A stretch of 64,000 nucleotides of DNA from Psammoneis japonica (taxonomy: Eukaryota), in contig QPGO01000205.1 of assembly GCA_008632985.1 (NCBI GenBank), positions 1 through 64,000 on the forward strand, read 5' to 3'. Shown piece by piece: positions 1 through 16,687 of this stretch; within the stretch, counting starts at the first letter, position 1; the number at the start of each line of letters is the position of its first letter. Under the pieces are notes generated by a model. The model was not told where the DNA came from. It did not search any database and saw only the letters and a program-made list of their open reading frames with translations. Made by a program: the position numbers and the translations under genes.

Positions 1-898
1 GCAGGGGTGAAGGTCTGAACAGCCGCGCTTGCATCGTTCATCGTGCCGCACTTGGACTTCAGAATCTGAACCGAGCTCGTTCTCCCTTAGGTAAACCCCG
101 TCAACGCCCGACATGGAGGCGGAAGGTATGGCGGTTTCCTCTTCAAGAAGATTACCGAGGAAGCCTTCCGGGACGTTGTTGTAGATGATGGCAGCAACGC
201 CACCACCCTCTTCGCAGGCGTGGACCTTGTCATAAAACAAGCCACCACCCCGCTCAATGAGGCAAACTGCACCATCCACCCCTTCACAAGTGTCGAGGCC
301 CCTGCCGCAATCGGCCAAGGGTCCCGTGGCGGAGAGCGCCGGTGATCCAATCAGGCCGCTACCATCGTACGAGACGTCATTCACGGTAATGCTGCTCGTG
401 TATTCAATGAAGCAGCTGACATCGCACGACGCGGCACAATTTCGAGCGCCAGCGTCTGAGAGGCTCAGGTTAAAGCACTCGTGAGGATGATTCGTACACG
501 CTTGGCAGAAATCGCCGCCTTCAGCCTTCTCGTCTCCTTTGTTTTCTCCCTCGTCCTGAATATTGCAAAACGCGCCATCGGGACAGGGAGAGGTTTCAGA
601 GCACGGCGTCGCGGCGCATCTAGCCACACAATCTTGTGCGCCAGCCTCCGGGAGACCGTCATTAAGACAGTCGTCCGGATGGTAAAAGGAAGCGCAGCTC
701 TCGCACAAGGCTCCGACTGTCTCCAAGTTGCAAAAAAAGCCATCGGAACAGGGCGATTCCACAGAACACGGTTTCGGTGCACACGACGAGAGGGCAAGGC
801 TCTGTCGCGGAGCATTCTTCGTCTCCCCGTGTGGACAAAAAAAGGAGAAGATGAATGAAAGCAACTAAGAAACGTGGAGAGGTGACGCGCCATTTCAT
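1..898 (-). CDS. Secreted Cys-rich-repeat + PA (protease-associated) domain protein, runs off the left edge; one apparent frameshift near 785
   Basis: Manual translation of a stop-free minus frame 780->1, absent from the ORF track: repeats such as CSVESPCSDGFFCNLE..LCESC and CSETSPCPDGAFCNIQ..FCQAC, then the PA motif AVCLIERGGGLFYDKVHACEEGGGVAAIIYNN. A signal-peptide-like start MKWRVTSPRFLVAFIHLLLFLSTRG at 898 is in an adjacent frame. Confidence 0.7.
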
Positions 899-1089
899 TT
901 CTTTCAACATCAAAACGAAGCAAGCAAGATTTCTGCACAGTAGAAACTGGCGTAAAGTCGCTGTTGAGTGGCAGCTTACACCTTAATTATACCCACAATA
1001 ATGGCGGATGGCGGCCCTGCCCGCCTGCTGTGTTTGTTTTGTGTCGCGTGTCGCGTTGGCTGGAGGGAGAGGAGCGGGTCAAAATAAAG

Positions 1090-4000
1090 GTCTGCCCAGA
1101 CATCAGTTGAGTCTGACATCCCTGGTCCACCACCTTTGACCGGGGTCTCTGGATGTCAAGGCAATCGCTTCTTCTCACAAAATCAATCATTGAGATCTCT
1201 CTCAGTTTGCAGCAACACTTTCTCCATGGACAAGTTTTGACATCTGCCACATTCATGTTGCATCCTCAAGCATTCACACTCTTGTCTCTGCACAAAGCAA
1301 CCCGTGCTGCCAAGTCTTTGACGGCCGGCTGTGGGTCAAGCCCCGGCTGATCTGTCTCAGTGGCCAAGCCCACAATGTGTCATTTTTGGGCATCTTGCAC
1401 ATCCCTTGGCTTGCCCTGAACAAAGAATTGATGGGGTTGAAAAGTCTGGCATGAGCGCAGCTTGACCTCCCCACACAAATGTCTTGGCAAGACAGAGGCG
1501 AAGAGCTGGCGAGCAATGGACAGAGGCAAAGCTCACTGGGTTCTGTGGAGAAGACCAACTGTGGCAATGACTTTGCACCCAATGTGTCTTTTTGCCACAG
1601 CTGCTGCTCTCAGGTCCTGGGGCCATGCCATCAGATTGAGCAAGGAAGCTCTCCCTCCTGCCGAGCCTCTCTTTTGTGTGTGCACTGCGCAGCTCCTTTT
1701 TGTTGCCTGCTGCCACTGTTCTTTTTCACAGCTGCTGCGCCGCTGTTTTTCTTTTTTTTTTAAACAGCACATGACATTTTGGCAGAGCAGAGGGCCAGCC
1801 ATGTGATGGACCACTGCACTCTTTGATGCCCCACGGCCAGCTGTCAAGTGCTTGAGGAGCAGCCACAAGCTGCTCCAGTTGCTTGGCAATGAGAGCCTGC
1901 TGCCACCAGCTGCCATGATCAGAATGCAGAGTGCAGCTGCCCTTGGTCTCCTAGACCAAGGAAAGTGTTTTGCTGAAGTGTGCACACATCCAAGCACTCC
2001 TGCACACTTTGGCACATCTGTCATTGCTCACCTCAAGATTGAAGACCACCGTGGCTGCTGCAATCTTTTTTGCAAGGTCCTCGTCATTTGGCACCTCACC
2101 TTCCTCTGCCACCAAAGCCTTCCAATGTTTGCCCAGAGGCTCACCATTGGAGGTTGCTTCACCCAAATGCTTGTGTTCAGGGAACTGTGGTTTGACACTG
2201 AGGGTGGCGGGAACCTTCTTGACGGGCACCACATCGCTGCTTCCTCATGCGTGGCTGCCGCCCACAGTGCTCTGAGAATGATGCTGTTGCAAATCTTGGT
2301 CATGCTGCTGCTTTTGCTTGGTCATGGTGGCATCACAGCACTCCTTGCACCACTTTTCCATCTGTTCCTGCCCAAGCTCCCTCACCAGCATGGAGGGACT
2401 GGATGCTGCATGCCCTGCCCATCCCACTCCATCTTGAGATTTGTCATCTGGTTCAACCACCACGGGGTTTTTTGGCAAGTCTTGCAAAGAGGGAGGAGCC
2501 TTGGCTTTGATGACTCAATGAGACAGACTGGCCAGAGAGCTGGCTTTCACTGTCTTTGAAGATGTCATCAATGACTCAGTCAGACTGAGAAGGAACGACT
2601 GCTTGAGCGAGGGGTGCACTTGCAGCAAGGTGATGGAAATTGAAAATGCACCATTGCATCAAAGATCATCAAAGGCATGCCTTGCACCTTGCATTCTCAT
2701 CATGCCAGATGGCTGGATGTCATTCTGACAGTTGTGTCCAACAAAATGAGGCCACAAACTGTGAAAGAAGAAAAATTGTGAGATGGCTCCAGCTCTCATG
2801 GAGAGGTGCATTGGGCTGCAGCCCCGATCTGTCATCCCAGCTTTTAACAACAATTGTGCCGGCACATTTTTTCCTCCTGCAACGCATTTTTGTGCCGACC
2901 AGAACCCTTTTTGCTTTGGACCCCCCAACCATTGTGAGAAAAGCCCACACTTTGCACTTCCCAGGTCTGACATGTTCCAGGATTGGGTGGACTTTTTCGT
3001 AACATTTTTCCAGCATTTCGAATGATCACACACAATGACAAAGCATTAAAAGGACATCTCTGATTTGTTTGCTCATCAAATAAAAAATTCAAATGTGCAA
3101 GTTCCTCCACCAGAATGCGAGCCTGAAATGCCCACGATGCTTCATTTGAGGACATGAGTGAGTCCACTGCTTCCCACGTGCAATGACTGGATTTTGATGG
3201 CGGCTTTGTTGTCGTCTTGTCATGAATGAGGAGCCTGCAGTGGGCACATGTCCATTGGCCTGCATCCACTGTGAAGAAGAAGACAAGAAGATCAAGAGGC
3301 CAAGACTGAACACTGTTGGAAAGTCCTTGAGCAATGTTGGGGGTTTGGTGACATCAGCATGACATCACACGCAGAGCTTCTTGGCACAAAATCCAACACA
3401 TTCAGGATCTGGATTGAGCCAGCTGTGCCTTGAATGGAGATGCACAGAAAGTGTAAAAAAAAAGGCAAGTGTGTGTTCGTGATGCTTGGCACCATGGCGT
3501 GCTCTAAACTTGAGCACACCTTTGCACCCCCACCTCCATTCCTGCATCTCCCCACTGCCGCCCTGCCCCGGATGCTGCTTCCATCAGTGGATGCACTGCA
3601 GCCACCAAATTTCCACTGAGTGTGTGCAATTCCTTCAATGATGAAGCATGTGGTGTTCTCATCAGACCCTCCACCCTTGTCCATGGTGAATTGTTCAGGA
3701 ACCTCCAGGGGCTCACCGACGCCCTCTGTGACCATGTCTGTCCTCTCCTTCCCTCCACCATTTTCGGCCCCAAATCTCTTCACAAGATTTTGCTGCTGTG
3801 TTGGAGTCCACCGTGGGAATTTCCAAGTCTCTGCTTCACACTCTAAAGGAGTCCTGCATCACTTCCTCACCACTGTTGGCACCGGCCCCTGCCAAATCAT
3901 GCAGCAAGTCTTTGCACTGGCCCTCCCCCTTGATTCTCTTTGGCTCTGCTTCTAAACTCATTGACTTCCCCAAGCCTGGGCACACCAAAGCCCACAAAAC

Positions 4001-7000
4001 TCTGCTCACCACCCTTTGTGAGATCAGCCAAGCCATCCGCAACAACCCAGTTGACTTTGCCATGGCCGCCATCCATCCAGCTGCCACCCCCTCTTCCTTC
4101 TCAGCCATGGATGTGACTGTCCCTTCTCCTCCCAATTTGTCAGTCGTGGATGTTGGCATCCTTCCCAGTGTGGTTGATGTCTTCAAGCCACACCACGACA
4201 TGGAGCGGAGCAAGTTTTGGGGCAGCTTGTGCCACAAGTTGCTGCCCAGTGCAGCTCTAACCCAGTGATCAACCGGCAAAGGGCGATGGTGTGATGGTGG
4301 TGGCATTGCATCATTCTGCTGTTGAAGCAAGGGCCAGAGGGTGAATGTGCACAAAAATCCTTGCCTCAGCAATGACAGAGATGAGGGGCATGCTTGCCAA
4401 ACTCAGAGCATCTGAAAGAACAATGTCCCCCCCTTTTCCATGTGTTCTTCCCCAAGGGAAGAGGCACAGCCACTTGCAGCTCCTTACAGAATTTGAAATG
4501 AATCTTTTCTTGCATCACGGCCCTTCCACACACAGAAGCAAGACCATGTCATTCCTCATGCTGTTTTGAACGTGTTGGTTTGGAACATTTTGAGAAAGAG
4601 AATGAACCACAGGTGTCACCCAGTCCTCTTCTTGATGACTCTTAAAAACTTGCTGCATGTCAAACACAACAGCCTTCAATTGGCCAGATTTGTCCTGGTA
4701 GACTCCCACATTCCACCACGCTGCATCACCATGACAGAAGCCCTTTTGTTGGAAGTCCTCCTGCAGTGTTCTGCCATGGCCCACAAAGTCTTCTGTGTTC
4801 ATTCTGGACATTGAAACCAGGGCATCAGCAAGGCTGTTTGCTCAATTGTTTGCACAATTCAAATGGTCTCATTCACTGGAGGAAGGTGTGAGCACACATC
4901 TTTCCACATGCGGGGTTCATGTTCTGCTGAGCATGCGGCATCCTTGAAGAAAAACTTCAATGCACCTGCAGCTCCCTTTGTGCCACCAGAAACAAGAAAA
5001 GCTCTGCCATCAGCGCCAGTGCCAAGATCTTCCCAGACAAAAAAAACTCTTTGCAGCATTGGAGATGCACAGCTCAAAATTCAAGGTTTCCAATGGCGGG
5101 GCCTTTTTCCAAGCAAACTTTGTTTCGCTGGCCAATTGCAACACTTTGGGCGAGCCTCCTTGCCGGGCGAGCATCATCTTCTTAATCACAGACAACAATG
5201 CCGCCAGGAGACTGGAGTCATCCCATTGAAAAATTGCCATTCCACAGAATGTGCAATCAAGGTCATCGACACCCAAATCCACTTCTCTGTCCTCAACTGA
5301 TTGTGGAACATCAGGAGACTGCAAGCACCCCAGACCTTTTGTCCAACTGGGAGTTTCAGGCAGCAGAGGAGACTCCACTTCATCCATCAATTCTGCACCC
5401 CCAAATGCAGTTGCCACTTCTTGTTTCTGCTTCACTGGAGTTGTGTGTGTGTCGGGTGACAGAAGTTGAGCAAGGGCAGCACGATGGTTGCTCTCTGGTT
5501 TGTCCAGCCGCCAGAAAATTTGCCATTGATTGTAACTTGCAAGTGTCGCAAAAGGATTGTCCACCCTAAAAATGCTGACAAGGTGCAGCAATTGGTCACA
5601 CACCTCACCCAAAATGTTTGGATGTGTCATTGCCCCGTTGCCGGGTTGCTTGCCTTCAATCATTCCAGCTGGATGCCCCCTTTGCGAGTGTCGCCATGAA
5701 ATCTGGTCGATTTCTCATTGCTTCAATTTCTTCATGAATTGTTGTCTCTCCTTTGATGCCAATCGAATCAATGACATCCATCATTGCGCACTCCACAAAC
5801 TTGTTGACTCCGCTTTCATTTGCAAAACTGCCAAGGTGGCATTTTTTGGCAGTTCGATTCCATGTGCTGTCCGCAGGAAAACCAGGCTCTTGTAAATCTA
5901 AAAGAGCTGAAAAGGAGGACATTTTCACAGTGGCTGGTTTATGCTGCTCATCTGTTGGCACGGACGGGTTGGATGTGAAATGAGTGGACTCCAAGATTGG
6001 CCCCATTTCCAGCAATCCATGTGAGAAGATTGATCCTTTCTGCTGCTGCTGCTCCTGCAGCAGCACAGGAACCATGCATTCTGGCATTGTTTCCACGGCA
6101 GAGCCAGCCGGAGCAACAGGGATGTGCTTGTTGAACAAAATGTTGCAGATGGCAGAGAGAATGCCCTCAGGCTCCAACATGTTGTTGAATCTATCCGCAT
6201 CAGGTGGAGTGCCAGCAACGCTGACCAAATCCTCTTTTTTCTTTATTCCGCACTTGATGAGCCCCACTGCAGCATCAATCGTGTCCTTGTCATCTCGCTC
6301 CTTCTCGTGGAGCAACAACACAACTTCTTTTACAAAGTCCAACCATCTTCCATTCCTCCATTGATCACCCACCCTGCCTTCAACACTTTCCTTGATCTGG
6401 GCGAGCCACCAATCACGATTGATGGTGCTTTCATCATCGGCGGTCATGGTGGTTTGTCTCCTCGCGCAGGGGCTTTTCCATTTTCTTGTCTGTGTCAGTG
6501 GTGTGTGGTGCTTGCACAAACTGTGTGTGCATGCTGACATGCTTTGTGACTGTGTGATGCAGCATCCAGATGGATTCTTCAAATTTTAAATGGAGCGAGA
6601 CACCTGAAAAGCCCATTGACAGGTCTTGCCACCACGGACCAGTGGTGTGTCATCTTTGCATTGAAAATGGCCCATTTGTTGCGTTTGACCACATTGTCGC
6701 AAATTTCCAAAAATCCATGTTTTGTTCACAATTGATTGTCGTTTTCCAAAAATTTAAGATGTCTCACATCCTCAGCATCAACGTTGATGAGAAGGATGCA
6801 TTTGGGTGAGAACCACATTGCCGTGGACATAAAAAATGTCATCAATTGCACCGTTGTCGAATGGTCAGTCATGGGAAGAAAATTTTGCAGGGCGTGCAAA
6901 CGTTCATGTCCAAATGTCTCATGTGCAGGAGCTCACATGCAGCAAGGTCCTACCTGTGGCTGGAAACTTGTCAAAATCATCATGGAGTTTGTCTTGTGCA

Positions 7001-8480
7001 TTGGTTTGTTCACACATGTCCTCTCTGCTCAGAAAGAACCACACACAGGATCAAAGACAGTGCAGATGGGCACTGCTGGGGCTTTGGTTTCATGGTGCTC
7101 ATCACAAACAATGCTGCAAATGACATTTGTCCCACTGTGTTCAGTGCTGAGCTAGAGCGGAAATGCCAATTGTGGCCATCATGCATGCATGCCCTCATGT
7201 TCAGCACAAAGTGATGCTGCACATGGTTGTGCAGATGTGTGACAAAAATTCTAACCACCAAATCTAGAGCCCCCTGCTCAGGAGTGGCCAGGGACAGTTT
7301 GCAAAAGAAGCAGCTGGTCAATTTGCACAGCTCGATGGTGGGCATGCTGTCAAGGATGCAGAGGACTTGATTGAGTGTCTTTTGTGCTGGCACAACATTT
7401 GATGGCTTTGCAAGGCACTGGAGAGGGCATGAACAAGCCCCAATGTGCATTTTGAAAGTGGATCAAGCCTCTGAATTGAGCACGCAACACCCTCACAAGA
7501 AGCACACAAACAAAAGCTCTGGGCAGCAGGGAACCTTTCAGCAGCTCAGACAACTTGTTGGCACTGGCTGACCCTGCTTTTGTGCACCAAAGAGCTGAGT
7601 TGGACCCCCAACCTTTCAGCGCCAAAGGACTCAATTGTTGTCAATGTGCAATGACAGAGAGCTCAAGAGAGTTGTCTTGACAGCTGGCCTGAGTCAGCTT
7701 GTTGACATTGACATGATGCCAAACTGTTTTGCAGGAGCTGCCTGCAAGAGGTTGCAACTCTCTTGGCATGCTCACAATGTGGTTTGACTTCCCAGCTGAT
7801 GCAAGACATGGAAATGGAGCTGGGAAAATTTCTCTGTTGTCAGTTGATGCAGCAGGTGTGAGACAGCTCCTGGCAGCACTGTTTCTTCAATCTTTTTGCT
7901 GACTGGAGTGCAACACGGGTTGTTGAAAAAACACAAGAGCTCCTCACTGCTGACAAAGTGGGGGGGGCACTGCCAATCATGCCAATGGCAGTGGCTGTCA
8001 TCATTCAAAAGAGGCTTGTGTGTGGAGAGAATGCAGTGTGAAAGAGGGGCAGAGTTCTGAGCCTTGATGCTGTTGCACAGACAAAATGGTGGCCACTTGA
8101 ACATTGACAAACACCAAACATCAACATCTCTTTGATGTGAAGCATGTGCGAAAGATTGTCAACTTGCCAAATGCCAGAAACATGAAGGATTTTACATGGG
8201 CACCGAAGTTTTCAGTTGAAGGGTTCTCCCTTGATTTGATGCCACTGCTTGAAGAGCTTGAGTGGGAGCTCAAATTCCTCTGAAAATGCAAGAGAGAAAG
8301 GAAGCAAGAAACTGCGTAAAATGGGGACAAACTGTTGTGCTGCTGTGGTGATCTGCAGGTCTTGAGCAGTCTTAAAAACAAGCTCTGTGTTGGCGAAGTG
8401 CAGCACAGCCCAGAAGTGGCAAAGAAGAGTGGGTGATGCAGAGGACTAGATTCTCCAGCAAAAGAAATGCCACCAACTTT
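1090..8480. repeat. TpA/CpG-depleted degenerate repeat island A
   Basis: TA and CG nearly absent, CA/TG abundant; ORFs in all frames are Cys/His-rich and Tyr-poor. Boundaries approximate. Confidence 0.8.
4515..6447 (-). pseudogene. Degenerate PD-(D/E)xK-like nuclease + protein-kinase-like gene (Crinkler/CR-effector-like architecture)
   Basis: Consecutive minus-strand ORF fragments: RPDFM...IEGKQPG (REase-like), DLGTGADGRAFLV (Gly loop), ALKFF (VAIK-like), GFCHGDAAWWN (catalytic-loop-like), VVFDM. Frameshifted, with probable Y->C/H changes. Confidence 0.6.
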
Positions 8481-9410
8481 ACCTTTGAGTTTGCCGACGG
8501 CCGGCCGGTAGATCTTTACCATGATATGCCAGGATGGATCAAGCTTTGATTGGGAGGAGCAGGACACACGTGGACTGTGAGCGTTCAGTAAGAATGAATA
8601 TCCACCCGACCTAGTTGCCGGAGTTTTGAATCAGCCGCAACAAGTTTTTGACAAATGTGTATTTAGCCTTTACAAAAGACTACTCTACTAAACGAGAACG
8701 AACATTTCCAACATTAAAGTATCATTTCAAATCAACATGCTCCACCTCTGGACTATGGCACGCATTTCCAAAACGATATCCTTGACCTAATCACTACACT
8801 GCTCAGTGCTTGAGCCCGCGTTAGTCCACCCTTGTGCGGCGACGACTCCAAAGGACACGTTTCGTAGTAAAACGCAAAACACGGGTCGAGCTGGAAGTGC
8901 TTTGGTCTTTTCGCAACGGGCAGTCGGCCATTTCCGGGAGTGACGAGGCAAAGGTACGGAACGAAGCACACCGACAAAGTAGCCCATGTTGAGTCCAATA
9001 CCGAGGTGTTGACGCTCCACCACGACGCGGTTTGCCACGTCCTCGAGTGTCAAGTGCTCGAGATGATGATTCGCGTTCGCTTTCAACGTCATGCCGTATA
9101 AGCAAATAAGCAACAACTCCTTTATGCCTCAGACGTGCTCCATCTGGTCGGAACTGTTGCTGTCGTTGCGACGGTGACACACCATTGTCCATGCGACGCA
9201 AGATCCGATTTCTGTTCCTCGAACTATCCCGGTTCATCTGCTCGAACTTGGATTATTTTCTTGCATCATACGGATGCGTTTTGTCCCCCCTCTTCCTTAT
9301 CGCTCCCATGTCTTCTTATGCTGATGCAAGACACTCTCAGACAATGGCCAATGACGTACTAGCGTTCCACTTCTGCTTCGGCTTGGTCTCTACAGTGCAG
9401 TTGTTTTGCA

Positions 9411-10958
9411 TCAGCAAGTCTTGTGTGGTGGTGGCAGTCCTCCGTTCTCAATCAACTTAATTCCACTGGGTGTGTACTCATAGTTGGTGTTTCCTTTACC
9501 CAAATGATATCGTGTCGTCCAAATGTCGGTGCTATACGAGGATCCTCGAACGCCAACAAAAATGGTAGCCTCGGTTGCGACATGAAAATTCACCATGGAC
9601 TCCAAGAGCGAACCAAAATTGGGAGAGTCGGTATTGGAAGCATAGTAGTACCGCTCCACAGCGCCCGCGCCGCATTCAAAGACTGGAACTTGGCCGTGTC
9701 GCAACCCTTCGCCACGAGACATGGGGTCGTCCACATCCCCAGTTCCTACAATCCAATTCAACGTATCCATGTTTTCATCCAAATAGTCTTGAAATCTGGC
9801 ATAGCCAGGTCCGTTCTGGACTTGCATTCCACTACGTGATACCGCGAGAAAGACGCCCTTGGTGCTCTTGTCCACCAGACTGTCCTCCACCATGGCGAAA
9901 ATTTTGGTTAAATTCTTTTCCATGGTTTGACCACACTTGTGCTCCATCATTTCTAATTCCACACGAGCATGAAGAGCAATGTAGGGTATTGCAATTTTTC
10001 TTTTTCGGGAATTTGTTTCGGTTCCGTCTTGGACACATTGCAGGGCGACTTGGCGAAATTCTGGCTTGGGCACGAGAGCTTGCAACAGTTTGGCACTGGC
10101 ATCAAAGGGAAATTTTCCCTCGTCTTGTTCTGCTTTGGAATTCAAAAGCATGGTTTCCCACCACAATCGTCCGGCTCCCTTGCCTCCTCCGTGCACGGCC
10201 GGTCGGGTGCAGTGTGTCACATTGGGCAACAAATCAATCTTGCGAGCATTGATCACAATGTCACCGCGTACCACGGATTCGGCATATGACGCGATGGGTT
10301 TCATAAAACCACTCTGTAGTACAGCCGTCACGAGGGGATTGTCCTCCAAAGTTGTTGTTGTGGGTATCGTCGTCCAATCGGTATGAATTTGCTTGTTGTA
10401 ATGAACCAAACGAGGCAAATCTTGTCGATGTAAATTCCAATACTCAACATCAAACAACAATTCATGCGGCACCGGTACCCACTGATTTGCATTGTAATCG
10501 TCCGGCTTGGTGGTCCACAGCAGCGACTCGATGAGAATCTCGGTATACCCATTCTCCATGGCGTGCACGACAAAGGCAAGGAAACGAATCACTTGATTGC
10601 GATATCCACCCATGAGTCCCGGGGGATACAAGAGTGCCAGTGTCGTATTTTCGTCCCCCGTGCTACTGGTTTGAGCTTGAGCAACGTCGGAATCATACGC
10701 CAAGTGCGTCGCAAGCAGACCACCCACGGTCAACAACACATAGACCCACCAGTATGGTCGAAGCAGTCCTTCTGGAATAAGAGATACCATTTTATTGTAT
10801 AGAACGAGAAGTGGATTGGAAGGAACCGTGTTGGGAACGGGGTTGCTCTTGGTGGCTGCTGCTGCTGTTTCTGGCACGGGCGACAATCCAGAGGAATGCT
10901 GTGGTGTTGCCGTGGCACGGCGACGCGCCATGCCTGGAGTACCGACGTGGCCAATCAT
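9411..10958 (-). CDS. Type II membrane O-fucosyltransferase-like glycosyltransferase
   Basis: 515-aa ORF with an N-terminal TM helix (YWWVYVLLTVGGLLA) and motifs GGYRNQ, YIALHARVE and ATIFVGVRGSSYS typical of O-FucT-family proteins. Start codon uncertain. Confidence 0.7.
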   Translation of the reverse strand: MIGHVGTPGMARRRATATPQHSSGLSPVPETAAAATKSNPVPNTVPSNPLLVLYNKMVSLIPEGLLRPYWWVYVLLTVGGLLATHLAYDSDVAQAQTSSTGDENTTLALLYPPGLMGGYRNQVIRFLAFVVHAMENGYTEILIESLLWTTKPDDYNANQWVPVPHELLFDVEYWNLHRQDLPRLVHYNKQIHTDWTTIPTTTTLEDNPLVTAVLQSGFMKPIASYAESVVRGDIVINARKIDLLPNVTHCTRPAVHGGGKGAGRLWWETMLLNSKAEQDEGKFPFDASAKLLQALVPKPEFRQVALQCVQDGTETNSRKRKIAIPYIALHARVELEMMEHKCGQTMEKNLTKIFAMVEDSLVDKSTKGVFLAVSRSGMQVQNGPGYARFQDYLDENMDTLNWIVGTGDVDDPMSRGEGLRHGQVPVFECGAGAVERYYYASNTDSPNFGSLLESMVNFHVATEATIFVGVRGSSYSTDIWTTRYHLGKGNTNYEYTPSGIKLIENGGLPPPHKTC

Positions 10959-11423
10959 AATTTACTCTAAACGATAATATGATGTCACTGTCGTTGGATG
11001 ATAGCGTAGGGTAAGACAATAATTAACGGTGAAATCGGAACGCCATTGCCTCAGAAAAAATGCGTCGAGCAAGAAGGCGAGATCCTATTTTATATGTTTC
11101 TTCATAATTATATACTATATAGTCAACGGATGAGGATCGCGCGATGATCGCGCGACCGACAAGTCACTTCCCGGACGACGGACAGTTTCTTCCAGGTGGA
11201 AGTGCGCCAAATTGATGCCTACGTACTTTCATTACTGCGTTCTACGCGACCATGTTCAACTTGGCGTCTGACGTTTTTCCCGCAATTTTTTTTCTTGTGA
11301 GATCGAGGTTCCAGGCGTCGATTTTGATGGTTGCCATCCACAGAACGACAACCGACAACGACAAGGAGGAGTTTGTTGTTGTACACGTTGTCATTGTAGC
11401 TTGCTAACATTTTTACTATAAAA

Positions 11424-14428
<3,005 letters not shown>

Positions 14429-14662
14429 TTATTCGTGCACCTTGAATGTCAAGGTAAGGCGCTTCCTAACAAATAGCTCCAATTACATTTATGACAGAAA
14501 GAGATCACACGTCAATGCAATGCAATGGTTCGGTAACAACACTCTTTCACATAGTTCTACTGTATAGTGGATTAACGAAACCTTTCACCGAATATTCTAA
14601 ACCAAAGTGACGAAACGAAGCTCGCTTCTGCACGGCACCCTTTTGCTATCCAGCCCCTCGAC

Positions 14663-16687
14663 TCACTCTTCGCCCTCGGCATCTTTGCCCTCGGAAACGC
14701 TACTTTGTTTCATCTTGAGAGCTAAAGCGACCAATCCGCTTACCTTCGGTTTCTCGCCTTCGTCACTACCGCCTTCTTCAGTGATAGTATCTTGTGATCC
14801 GTTCTCTGAGCCTTCTCCAAGTTTGCGTTTCGACATCCAACTTCCCCTCCTGGACAAAGAGCTGACACAATCCACAGCAATCATGGCCGAACGTAACTTC
14901 ATCCTTGCATTGAAAGACTTCAACCTCATTGAGGTACCCTTGAGATTCCTGAGCGACAAGCGCTTCGAATCCTGACGGATCCATTTATGCTTCAAGGCAT
15001 CCATTGCCGAGATGCGCTGATCGGGATCCGTAACAAGCATTTGTTTGACCAAATCTTTGGCATCTTCAGAAACATCGCTCCAGCAATCCTCAGGAAAATC
15101 GTATTTGCCCACCACAATGGCACGAAACAGCTCCTTCTGGCTCCGGCCCAAGAACGGGAGATTGCCTCCCAAAAGCAAGTAAACGATGCAACCGACGCTC
15201 CACATGTCCGACTTTTGGTCGTAGCCATTACGCATTAGAATCTCGGGCGATACAAAAAAGGGAGTACCACACTGTTTCGTTAGGCCTTTCTCTTCGTAGA
15301 CACGAGCGGCAAACCCGAAATCGGCAAGTTTGATCAACGAGTCATTCTCCTCGCTCTGTCGCCACCAAAAGGATCAAGTTCAAACAAAGTGAGCAAGTTA
15401 CTTCCAACTGAAAATCAGGCCGTAAGCACCACTGAGTTAACTTACACACAACAACAGATTCTTAGGTTTCATATCACAGTGTGCAATGTTGCGTTCGTGG
15501 CAGTAGGCAATAGCCTGGAACATTTTGCGACAAAGATCTTGAGCATCAGCTTCGCTGTATGTCTTTTTCGTCCCAATCCTGTCAAACAGGTCCCCGCCGC
15601 TCATAAGCTCCATCTACAAGTTTAAAGGAAGAGTAAAAACGGTTTGATGAAATTGCTCCAGTGCTCACGGGGCGGAAATACAATCTTGAATAGCGCTGAG
15701 CTACAACCAATTCAGAAAACGTACCACGATAAAGTAACAATCCTTCTCGTTGAAGAAATCGATAATGGGACAAATGTAGGGATGAGTCAAGGATGCCAGA
15801 ATGGCGACCTCGTCAAAAATGGCAGCGTCGTCCGAGGGAGGAAGGTCCTTTCGCAACACGCACTTGATGGCCACCTTTTTCCCAGTCGCACGGTGTGTTC
15901 CGCGACAAACAGTTGCAAAGGAACCAGACTTGAGCTGTAACGCAAATAAAGACAACGAAAAGACAAGTGAGTTAGAACGAAGCACGAGCACAAACTTAAA
16001 ACTAAATACTAGAGAACATACCCTGGCATTCAATTGATAGATTTCACGAAAGGGCCTGCCCTTGCAGCCCTCAGGAAACTCTGGGAACTCCAAACTCACT
16101 ACCGCCTTGCGGACTTGAAGTGCCACATTTTCAAAGGTAATCTTTGCTTCCTTTTCACCGGGATCATTCGCTACGGTCGGGACGGTGGGATCCTTGACTT
16201 GCACCGAAGTTTCAACCACGTAGGTAGTTTCTTCCATATCCGTCCGGGCCGCCGAACACACAACCGCCAGCTCATACGCATCCGCACGGAGAGATGGATT
16301 GAATTCCATACGCCACTTGCATCCATTCTTCTCAAAGTCGAGCGACGATAGGTCGCGAGTTGCCTTTTCGGATTCATCTACAAAATAGTAGAGCGTCTCC
16401 GTAATGGCATCTACAATTCTCTGAAGACCCACAGTCCCATCGTGGTTGGTAAACGTACTGGTGCTATCGGACATGGTGCTATCCACATTCAAATAGCGGC
16501 TCGTTGTGCGGTAGGACTTGGAAGCAACAGCAGAACCCGAAGATGCCTGCATAGGATCGGAGGCCTTGGAGAGATCTAGCGCGGAAGGAGTGAGACCATG
16601 GCGGTCCTTGGCAGCATGCGGCGTCATAAAGGGCAAAGGTGTAGATCCTTCACCAGGAGGAGCGGGAGGAGGAGGAACGTCTGACAT
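14663..16687 (-). CDS. Ca2+/calmodulin-dependent-like Ser/Thr protein kinase (multi-exon)
   Basis: Kinase motifs LKSGSFATV, VAIKC, HCDMKPKN, IKLADFG, CGTPFFVSPE and DMWSVG across several exons; CaM-binding-like tail LKSFNARMKLR. Confidence 0.88.

Noticed and set aside
8753..9237. Three overlapping minus-strand ORFs as a gene
   Set aside because: Possibly a frameshifted gene remnant, but no motif or consistent frame could be established.
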